A stretch of 61,014 nt of DNA, from IMG/VR virus record IMGVR_UViG_3300043567_000426, positions 1 through 61,014 of that record; one strand, 5' to 3'. Shown here one piece after another: positions 50,351 through 58,673 of the stretch; positions within the stretch are counted from its first letter, which is position 1, and the number at the start of each line of letters is the position of its first letter. The position numbers were made by a program, and so were the translations under genes. This DNA comes from a virus (taxonomy: Duplodnaviria; Caudoviricetes). The notes under the pieces are model-generated. The model saw only the letters and a list, made by a program, of their open reading frames with translations, was not told the origin of the DNA and did no database searches.

Positions 50351-50400
50351 TGGTTTAGCCTTAACGGCGATTTGATATTGAGATTAATTATTGAGGTAGT

Positions 50401-51087
50401 GTGATGGCGCGAAAGCCCCAAAAGAAACTTCCTATGTCTGATCGTGGCGTTCCGGTATCAACGCGTCCGGCAATGCCTTGGGCGACAACTCCCGGAATGT
50501 ATATCGCTGGCAAGGAGGCGTTAGACGCCGCCGACTTTCTTGGCGTGAAGATGGACAGGTATTGGGGCGTGGGCCGATTGCGCCTTCTGGTCGATAGCGC
50601 GTTGAGGGAGAAGTTCGATCGGCAACGGTATCTTCTGGCGCAGGCTCGATGGGAAGGAACGCTCGAAGACGTCAAGCGAGAGAGCCAGCGCATGGTAACG
50701 GCGTATAAGGCGCTCAACGCTTATGCGCAGGCGTTAGGAGACCCGCCCGTGGACGATAGCGTCTGGGAGGTGGGGATACCCACTGGCGTATTGGCTGGAA
50801 CGGTGCTGGCCGTCATCAAGAATGATGAGGCAATGGCGAAGGTTGTTGCAGAGGGCCGTAACGTGATTGTGATGACGCTGGATGAGGTGGCGCGGTATAT
50901 TGGGCAGGATCGCGATCTTCTGGAAATAAAGAAGACATTCCCCGGAGCGCAAATCAAAAGAGCCGAAATGCCAATAGACCCGCTTATGCCGTCTCTAACG
51001 CCAATGGATGAAGGCATGCCAGATGTGAAGGCGCCAATTGATGGCGTATTGGATTACGGCGATTTGAATGATGAAGTTCCGTTTTAG
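50401..51087 (+). CDS. Hypothetical phage protein
   Basis: MD..WG..RL..LV...LR.KF pattern; FPGA; ends DEVPF. Confidence 0.6.
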   Translation: MMARKPQKKLPMSDRGVPVSTRPAMPWATTPGMYIAGKEALDAADFLGVKMDRYWGVGRLRLLVDSALREKFDRQRYLLAQARWEGTLEDVKRESQRMVTAYKALNAYAQALGDPPVDDSVWEVGIPTGVLAGTVLAVIKNDEAMAKVVAEGRNVIVMTLDEVARYIGQDRDLLEIKKTFPGAQIKRAEMPIDPLMPSLTPMDEGMPDVKAPIDGVLDYGDLNDEVPF

Positions 51088-51422
51088 GAAAATAATATGA
51101 TTCCAATTGCGCCAATTGTAATGTTTGTAACGCACATAAACGGCATGACGTTTGTGCCATTTTATGATCTTGATTCTTGTATAAAAGCGAGAGAAGATTT
51201 AAAAAAGATGGATAGATCCATCACAACTAAATGCGTTCCAACAAGCGTAGAAACGCGTAAGGAACTAGAAGAATTACAAAAGAAATGAGTCTTTTGTAAT
51301 ATTAGCGTTCAACTACTAGGAGCAGCCATCGGAAAGACAAAGATACATACACATATCGCGTGACAACATATGTGTTAAAAAGGGGAGGCAACTTACCTCC
51401 CCTAATTCATGCAAGGCGATTT

Positions 51423-51677
51423 TTATAGGTAATCGCGCATCTCTTTTCTTATTACTCTTTCAATCCACGGCAAATCTATTTTCCCTTTATCGTATGCTTG
51501 AAGAACCATTGATACTGCGCGTGGAATGCCATGAGCGCCATTGCGCCATGACGTTACTTGGCGAAACGAAACATCAGCAATCAACATAATATCGTTATTG
51601 CACATATTATGTTTGGTCATGATTGCTTTGAACTCATCTGCCGACATTGCGTAGTATCCTTTCACGAATAGCGGCAA
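51423..51677 (-). CDS. Small HTH (XRE-like) protein
   Basis: VS.RQV.SW..G...IP..V pattern; probable start MSADEF. Confidence 0.5.
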   Translation of the reverse strand: MPLFVKGYYAMSADEFKAIMTKHNMCNNDIMLIADVSFRQVTSWRNGAHGIPRAVSMVLQAYDKGKIDLPWIERVIRKEMRDYL

Positions 51678-52572
51678 TGACGTCGCGCTCTGTCCAGTGT
51701 TCCGCAGGATAATTAATGCGACCAGTAAGAGCGCAGAAGTAAGTCCAGAGCTCTGGGTTAGCTGTGTGGCAAGGTTCCATTATTTATCCCCTCTTGTAAC
51801 GATATAAACGATGATTAACGCATTGAAAGACGCAACAATAAACGCAACAAAAAAGATCGTGAGCGTTTGTAATGCGTCATCCATTAACATATTCCTCATA
51901 GTTTAGTTGATCGTTGGTGAGAACAATGTCTTGCTCAATTTCTGCAAGCGCATCTGTTACTGATACGAGATGATCGAATGAGTGCAGGATAATTTTATAT
52001 CCTTGCTTCTCCGCCATGCCGCGAAAGATGCGCGCATCATCTGGCGTTGAAAAAGAGAATGTGCGCTCAGACACCATGTCAGTTGTGACAGGATAAGCGA
52101 CGGTTACTTTGTGGAATATACGCATATCAATCTCCAAAGAAATACCAAACAAGGGTCATTGCGGAACCTACCCCCACCGTTGCTACGGTGAGGGAGGTTA
52201 AAATGAAGTAAAGCCAGAAGCGCATTATGCTACGGCTTTGAGGTTAGCCGTGACGCGAAGCGCCTTGGTCTCTTCGCCATAATTGAAGCAGCTTTCGACT
52301 TGCTCTGCGGTAGCGCCAAGCTCCAGAAGCAACTTGGTGACTGCGTCCTTGTTGAGGGTCTTGGCGCCCTTCTTAGTGTCAACGATAACGGAGCAAACGT
52401 CACCGTCGATTTGCTTGGCGCCAGTAGCAAGGATCTCCTTTTTGGCTGCCTCTACACGAGCCTTGATTTGCTTCTCTTGGTCTTTGAGAAGAGCGTAAGC
52501 GTCAGCGAGAGGAGCTAAGTTGGAAAGCGTCATTTTGTATCTCCATGTCTAAGTCAATTTCAATGATGATAG

Positions 52573-52600
52573 GTATACCGGAAGAAACTTCCGCTGTCAA
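52573..52600 (-). promoter_or_regulatory. Early promoter with palindromic operator, copy 1
   Basis: TTGACA on the minus strand; CGGAAG-aaa-CTTCCG at 52579-52593. Confidence 0.7.
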
Positions 52601-53460
52601 CTGCCTTCTGAAACTTTTTTTATTTTTTTATTCTTCTCCCCGTGGATACATTTCTTTGAGCTCAACAATGGCTTCTTCTTCTGTGCTTCCAAAACCACGA
52701 TCCATGCGGCCGTCATCATCTGGTTCATCGTCGTCGTAATAGGCAACCCATTCGCGAGTGAAGTCCTCATAGTAAGTGTTAATTTTCATTTGTAATGCTC
52801 CGCCAGGTTTTATGGTTTAAGATGTCAGATATGGTTGAGCAGCCAACGCCATATTGCTGCGCCAACTCTCGATAGGTTACGGCGCCGGCGTCATACTGCC
52901 GGCGTATATCTTTAACGTCTTGCGCAGATAGCTTGCTGTGAGGATGTTTCTCGCCAGAAGCATAATTGCCAATAAACATCACTTGTAGGCCCTCGCATAG
53001 GCTAGATGGTGACGGGCGTCAGCTAGAAGCTTTTCAGCATGCTCTGCATTGCGTGTGATAAAAAGCTTGTAATCGCGAATCTTGCGAAGACCCATTTGCT
53101 TGTGAAATGATTCGGCGCATTTGCCGAAAGCTGCGCGGATCTGCCCTGGGTTCATGTCGTATACTGAAAGCATATCAATCTCCATAAGGTTAGGGATGTT
53201 AGGGGCCGAAGCCCCTTTGATCAGGCTGCCTTGCGGCTGCGGCGCTTTGGCGCAACATAGTTTGCGGCGCGCTCTTCATAGCAACGAACATGGCGCTCTA
53301 ATTCTTCCACAGTGTTAAAGAAAGCGCAGAATGTCATGATGTCCTGATTGATGTTTGCTGGATGATTTTGAGCTTTGCCGAGTCTGGCCATCAATTCTGG
53401 GTTGCTTTTCCATACGCTCATTTTAGTTCTCCGTTTCAATCTCAATCTCAATGATGATAT

Positions 53461-53489
53461 GTATATCGGAAGTTTCTTCCGATGTCAAG
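53461..53489 (-). promoter_or_regulatory. Early promoter with palindromic operator, copy 2
   Basis: CTTGAC-N17-ATATAC; CGGAAG-ttt-CTTCCG at 53467-53481. Confidence 0.7.
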
Positions 53490-54330
53490 CGCCTTTAAAA
53501 TATTTTTTAAAAATTTTTATAACGCCCGTTTATTAAACGCTGCACTCGAAAAACCTGAGATTTATTTTTATAAATATCTATTTGAGCATCTAATGCGGAT
53601 AGCTCCCACGCTGCCGTTATCATAAGCCATTTGCCATCATGCAGAATCTGCAATCTAAATTCTGGGTATGCGCGCATATCAATCTCCATAAGGTTAAGCG
53701 AATGATTCAGCTAAAGCATTTGCGCGTGATAGAATGCGGGTCATTTCGTCGTTGACTGTGTGGTCGCAGATGACATCATGGCCATCGTTGCCGTAGACCA
53801 GATAAACCATGCCGATGCGCATATTTTTTGAGTCTTTAAAGGTTAAATACTCTTCGTCACACTGACGGATCTCTTTCATCATGCGCTTGAAATTGATAGC
53901 GCGATTGTCATCTGGCGCGGCGATACAGGTTATCTCTTCCCCGTTAGTGTGGCTAACCGTGTATCCAAGATCCAAAGCGTTTTGGATTATCGTAAAAACG
54001 ATTTCATGCTCGATGAGGGCTATGTCCTGGCGGTTCATATCAATCTCCATAAGGTTAAAAACGAATCAGCCGATCATGTTGACGTCATGGACCGGGAAGC
54101 CATTGCGGCGAGCGGCTGCGGCAGCCTGAGTGCGATTACGCGCGAACACATAGATGCGGCCATCTCTGACGCGGCCATCGACGCTCTCAACGCTTGTGCC
54201 GATAGAATACTCGTGGCCCTTGCCAGCTTTGATCTCTACGGTGTGGCCCGCCAAGAAGTCAGCGGTTAGTGGTTTTACAAGTTCCCAAGCCATTTTGTTT
54301 CTCCGTCAATCTCAATTTCAATGATGATAC

Positions 54331-54359
54331 ATATACCGGAAGAAACTTCCGATGTCAAG
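54331..54359 (-). promoter_or_regulatory. Early promoter with palindromic operator, copy 3
   Basis: CTTGAC-N17-GTATAT; palindrome at 54337-54351. Confidence 0.75.
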
Positions 54360-55179
54360 CGCCTAATTTAAAGATTTTGCTTTTCTGATAAAATTTCCAT
54401 CAACATAAAGACCCGTCGTATGAAGGCCGCCATCGCGCACCCATTTGTGGGCTATTTGACCAGAAACTATTTTGAAGGTTCTTACTGGATCGTCGCGATA
54501 AATAGCCATCCAGCTGTCTATCTCTCCTTTTGTGTAATCATGTAAAACGCGATAGCCATTGTGTGATTCGATTACATACATTTCAATCTCCATAAGGTTA
54601 GAGGTAGGAGGGGCTAACGCCCCTCAGTCTACTGCCCAAGAATAATCGTCGCGCTGATATTCACGCTCGCGGTAGTCGTCATAGTCTGGCTCATCATCAT
54701 CACAGCTATCGTTGATGTGTTGCATGATGTCGTCTTGGACAACTGCAAGATCAGCGACCAAATCGAACATGGCGCCCGTCAACTCAAACTCTGGGCGAAT
54801 AATCTTGCTGCCTAAGTCTTGGCTAATCCAGATCTTCTCAATATCCCATTCTACGTCTTCCGCTGGGTCCCAGTAGGTAGCAGCCGCACCATGTGATGTG
54901 ATTTTATATTCGATCGTGACAACCCAATCGGTATCCATCATGTAGAGGTAGGATGTTGCAGTAGCCATATCAATCTCCATAAAGTTAAGGGGTGGTAGGG
55001 GCCGAAGCCCCAGCCATTAATCTAAGTTGATAAGAAGTTTCCACATTCCCGTATCTAACTGAACAAGTGACGCTCCACATGGAACATCATGACGAATAAG
55101 GAAGTGACGGGCTGCTTTATCTGAGTAGAAGAAGTATTCCATTTTGTCTCTCCATCAATCTCAATTTCAATGTTCATAC

Positions 55180-55207
55180 CTATAGCGGAAGAAACTTCCG
55201 ATGTAAA
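55180..55207 (-). promoter_or_regulatory. Early promoter with palindromic operator, copy 4
   Basis: TTTACA...CTATAG; palindrome at 55186-55200. Confidence 0.65.
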
Positions 55208-55447
55208 CCCCCTCCCACTCATTATTTGCTGTTTTTTGAAAAATAATTCATTTTCTAAAAAAAGGACGCCTTGCAATGAAAAACGAATTAAGAGATATTG
55301 TCGCTACTGCGATTTGTAAATTTAACATTGAGATTGATGAAAATAATAACTTCGCAGGCGCAATCTCAGACGATCGATGCGAGCAAACATGCGACTATTG
55401 CCGCTTGTTTGCTGAATATATATGCAAACAGATAAATGGAGATATTG

Positions 55448-55756
55448 ATGACAAATAACCAAATTAAGGCCCTTGTTGAGCGAATTGAGAAGCTCGAAGA
55501 GGAAAAGGCGGCAATCGCGGAAGACATCAAAGAGGTTTATGCAGAGGCCAAAAGTAATGGGTTTGATCCAAAGATTATCAAAAAGGTTGTCGCCCTCAGA
55601 AAGCAAGACGCCCAGAAGCGCGCAGAGGAGCAAGCTATTCTCGCGACTTATATGGATGCTCTGGGGATGCTGGCGACGACCCCCTTGGGAGCAGCCGCGA
55701 TAAGATCTGCCACAAATAAAGCGGCGGTAGTCGTTGAAGAGGACGATTTTATTTAA
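55448..55756 (+). CDS. gapR: GapR/DUF2312-family nucleoid-associated protein
   Basis: [28 protein letters not shown]....V.LRK...Y..ALGM. Confidence 0.85.
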   Translation: MTNNQIKALVERIEKLEEEKAAIAEDIKEVYAEAKSNGFDPKIIKKVVALRKQDAQKRAEEQAILATYMDALGMLATTPLGAAAIRSATNKAAVVVEEDDFI

Positions 55757-55809
55757 AGTAAACAATTGAGGCGGCTTGTGATATAGTCGCCTCAACTTAG
55801 GGTTTGGAC

Positions 55810-56265
55810 ATGAGTGAAACGGCCAAAGTAAAGCGGCCTGTCGGAAGGCCATCGAAATATAAACCTGAGTATTGCGAGCAAATAATTGAGCTTGGCAAGC
55901 TAGGTAAAAGTATTGCGCAGATGGCTTCACACTTCGATGTTGATAAGGCGTCGATCTTTGATTGGGCGGCCGCTCACGAAGATTTCTCCACCGCACTCGC
56001 GCGCGCCAAGGCGCATTCGCAGACTTGGTGGGAGAATGCGGCCCAGCAAAACATGGATAACCGGAACTTCAACGCGCAGCTTTGGCTCAAAAGCGTGGCG
56101 TCCAGGTTCCGCGATGATTATACCGAAAAGCAGGTGACTGAGCTCACCGGCGCCAATGGCGGCGCGGTCCAGGTGCAGACCAAAGTTGACACTGACGCAC
56201 TGTCGGCGGAGCAGCGCAACGCCTTGCGCGATCTTATCATGGCGGCCAAGGCTGCATCGAAATGA
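55810..56265 (+). CDS. Terminase small subunit
   Basis: GRPSKY.PEYC, HTH, W...H.DF..A, ELTGANGG; upstream of TerL. Confidence 0.75.
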   Translation: MSETAKVKRPVGRPSKYKPEYCEQIIELGKLGKSIAQMASHFDVDKASIFDWAAAHEDFSTALARAKAHSQTWWENAAQQNMDNRNFNAQLWLKSVASRFRDDYTEKQVTELTGANGGAVQVQTKVDTDALSAEQRNALRDLIMAAKAASK

Positions 56266-56272
56266 GCAGCTA

Positions 56273-56557
56273 ATGTTTAACATCAGCGATCCTCACAACG
56301 ATCTGGCGCCTGATGCCAGGGAGCGCATTGAGGATCTTGCGAATAAGATGCTTGGCTCCGTTGACGAAGTTGCCAACGATCCAATGGAGGCTTTGCAAGC
56401 TTTAGCTGCTGTTCTTGCTTTTGTGATTTCAGAAGGCTTTCTGAGCCGCAAGAGCGCAGATCAGGCGCTCGCCGTCGTCATGATGGTTGTCGTCTCCAGT
56501 ATGGAGCAGGCAGAGCAAGACGGTAACACATGCTGGTCGCAGAAGACGACGCATTGA
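56273..56557 (+). CDS. Hypothetical protein
   Basis: ORF between TerS and TerL. Confidence 0.45.
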   Translation: MFNISDPHNDLAPDARERIEDLANKMLGSVDEVANDPMEALQALAAVLAFVISEGFLSRKSADQALAVVMMVVVSSMEQAEQDGNTCWSQKTTH

Positions 56558-56567
56558 GGGGAATGCG

Positions 56568-58217
56568 ATGAATAAGCATGTCTCGCCCAATGACATATTC
56601 ATGGGCGAAGATCCTGATGATCTTTTAGAGCGCCTCAGTATCTCCGACGATCGAGAAGCTTGCGACGGCAATCTCGTTGAGTTCATTAGGCGCGCCTGGC
56701 ATGTCATCGAACCTGGCGCCGAATATGTCCATGGCTGGCACATCGATTACATTGCCGAATCATTGATGGCCGTTACGTTTGAAGAAGAGTTTGAGGATGG
56801 CTCCCCGTATAACCGGCTAATGATTGCCGTGCCTCCGGGCGCTATGAAATCGCTTATGGTTAACGTCTTCTGGCCGGCTTTCGAGTGGGGGCCATGTAAG
56901 CTTCCGCACATGCGGTATATTTGCGTATCGCATAGCCAAGAGCTTGCAATTCGCGACGGTCTCAAAATGCGCCGGCTGATCGAATCAGATTGGTATCAAA
57001 AGCGATGGCCGGTGCCTCTCGCGAAAGATCAGAATCAGAAGCAGAAATTTGAGAATCTATTTACTGGCTTTCGCCAATGCTGCGCCATCAACTCAATAAC
57101 CGGCGCCCGTGCAGATCGGGTTATTGCTGATGATCTCTTGTCGGTCTCTGACGCCGCTTCTCAACAAATCAAAGATACTACGAATCAACAGTTCTTCGAG
57201 GCAATCCCGACGCGGCTCGTTAATCCAAAGCAGTCAGCCATCGTGGTTATCCAGCAAAGGCTGGCTGAAGACGACATCATCGGCAGTATCTTGGACCGGG
57301 ATTTGCCATACGATTACCTGATGCTGCCCATGCGCTATGACCCTTCCAGGGCGCAGCCATCGCTTCTTGGCCTTGAAGATCCACGCAAGCAGGAGGGAGA
57401 GCTCCTTTTCCCCGATCGCTTTCCAGAAGAGGTTGTTGCGCGCGATGAGCTCATCATGGGGCCGTGGGCGGCAGCTGCTCAATTCCAGCAATTGCCAAGT
57501 CCTAGAACTGGCGGCGTTATCAAGCGCGAATGGATACCGGAATGGAAGCGCGCTTCTTATCCTCCTTTTGATTTCATCATTGCTGCCGTCGATGGCGCCT
57601 ATACGACCAAGGCTGAGAACGATCCATCCGCCATGACCGTTTGGGGCGTTTGGTCTGGAGGCGATCAGACCGCGCAAATAACTCGATCGATCACATCTGA
57701 CGGCGAGATGATGGCCGCTGTTGAGCGAACCTACACGCAAGAGCACCCCAAGGTCATGCTCATGTATGCGTGGGCAGAGCGCCTAGAGTTCCACGATCTT
57801 GTTCAGAAAGTTCAAGAGACGATGTATGATTACGGCGTCCACAAGCTGCTGATCGAGAACAAAGCTTCTGGTATCAGCATCGCCCAGGAGATGCGCCGGC
57901 TATACGGCCATGAAGACTTCGGCGTTCAGCTGATCGATCCCAAGGGACAAGACAAGCTTGCGCGCCTCTATTCGATCCAGCATCTCTTTGCTGAAGGACT
58001 GATCTGCGCGCCAAAGCGATCGTGGTCTGAAATGGTCATCAATCAGCTGGCGGTCTTCCCGAAGGGCAAGCACGATGACTTAGTAGACACCACAAGCATG
58101 GCGCTAAAGCATTTGCGCGATCTTGGCCTTCTCGTGCGCAATGCTGAATGGACGGCGGACCTTGATCAAAGTAGATTACATCAAGGCGCTCCGCCGGAGC
58201 CGCTCTATCCCGTTTAA
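56568..58217 (+). CDS. terL: Terminase large subunit
   Basis: Walker A-like VPPGAMKS, ITG.RAD..I.DD, QRL..DD, IENKASG, FP.G.HDD.VD. Confidence 0.9.
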   Translation: MNKHVSPNDIFMGEDPDDLLERLSISDDREACDGNLVEFIRRAWHVIEPGAEYVHGWHIDYIAESLMAVTFEEEFEDGSPYNRLMIAVPPGAMKSLMVNVFWPAFEWGPCKLPHMRYICVSHSQELAIRDGLKMRRLIESDWYQKRWPVPLAKDQNQKQKFENLFTGFRQCCAINSITGARADRVIADDLLSVSDAASQQIKDTTNQQFFEAIPTRLVNPKQSAIVVIQQRLAEDDIIGSILDRDLPYDYLMLPMRYDPSRAQPSLLGLEDPRKQEGELLFPDRFPEEVVARDELIMGPWAAAAQFQQLPSPRTGGVIKREWIPEWKRASYPPFDFIIAAVDGAYTTKAENDPSAMTVWGVWSGGDQTAQITRSITSDGEMMAAVERTYTQEHPKVMLMYAWAERLEFHDLVQKVQETMYDYGVHKLLIENKASGISIAQEMRRLYGHEDFGVQLIDPKGQDKLARLYSIQHLFAEGLICAPKRSWSEMVINQLAVFPKGKHDDLVDTTSMALKHLRDLGLLVRNAEWTADLDQSRLHQGAPPEPLYPV

Positions 58218-58228
58218 TAGGAAAGACA

Positions 58229-58456
58229 ATGCGCATTTTATGCAATGCGACGGTCGATATTATCGACGCGCCGCCAGCCCACGGCAAAGGCTTGGGAAAG
58301 TTCAAAGTAGAAGTCTGGGGCAAGGAACCGCACGATTATGTGCGTATCTATGAAATAACTGCGCGAGATGATAATATGGCCGCGCGCGAAGGTCTCGACC
58401 GTTTCGTTGAAGAAATTGGCAAGCTGATTGCAGACAAAAATGAGGAAAGCGAATGA
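58229..58456 (+). CDS. Hypothetical protein
   Basis: RBS; sits between TerL and portal. Confidence 0.5.
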   Translation: MRILCNATVDIIDAPPAHGKGLGKFKVEVWGKEPHDYVRIYEITARDDNMAAREGLDRFVEEIGKLIADKNEESE

Positions 58457-58671
58457 ATTTTTCGCAGGCTCTTGACCTGATCAAGTGGGGTCAGCCAATG
58501 ACGCGCGAGGCTTGGGGTAATCCAGCCGTTTACGTCGTCAGAGATCCTCCCGTCCCAGGTGATGATTATAACATCAATAAACGATTGGCTGATGGCGCGA
58601 TGGTTCCTTGGGAGCCAACGGTTGATGACATTATGGCTAATGATTGGGCCACCACAGTAAGGATTGATTGA
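58453..58671 (+). CDS. DUF2829 / Tad2-like protein
   Basis: MNF..AL..IK.G....R..W ... PW.P...D..A.DW. Confidence 0.7.
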   Translation: MNFSQALDLIKWGQPMTREAWGNPAVYVVRDPPVPGDDYNINKRLADGAMVPWEPTVDDIMANDWATTVRID

Positions 58672-58673
58672 TC

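Larger units (their letters stand above)
51877..54968 (-). other. Cluster of about 10 small leftward early genes (e.g. 51877-52125, 52225-52533, 52779-52982 HTH-like, 52979-53173, 53507-53677, 53694-54038, 54066-54293, 54363-54581, 54624-54968)
   Basis: Same orientation, strong shared RBS leaders, repeated promoters. Confidence 0.65.

Noticed and set aside
51877-54980. Shared MEIDM N-terminal peptide as a protein motif
   Set aside because: It is the translation of the conserved RBS leader; true starts are at the second Met.
39207-55260. Lysogeny module (integrase, CI/Cro)
   Set aside because: No ORF with tyrosine or serine recombinase motifs or an S24-type repressor was recognised; absence judged by eye only.
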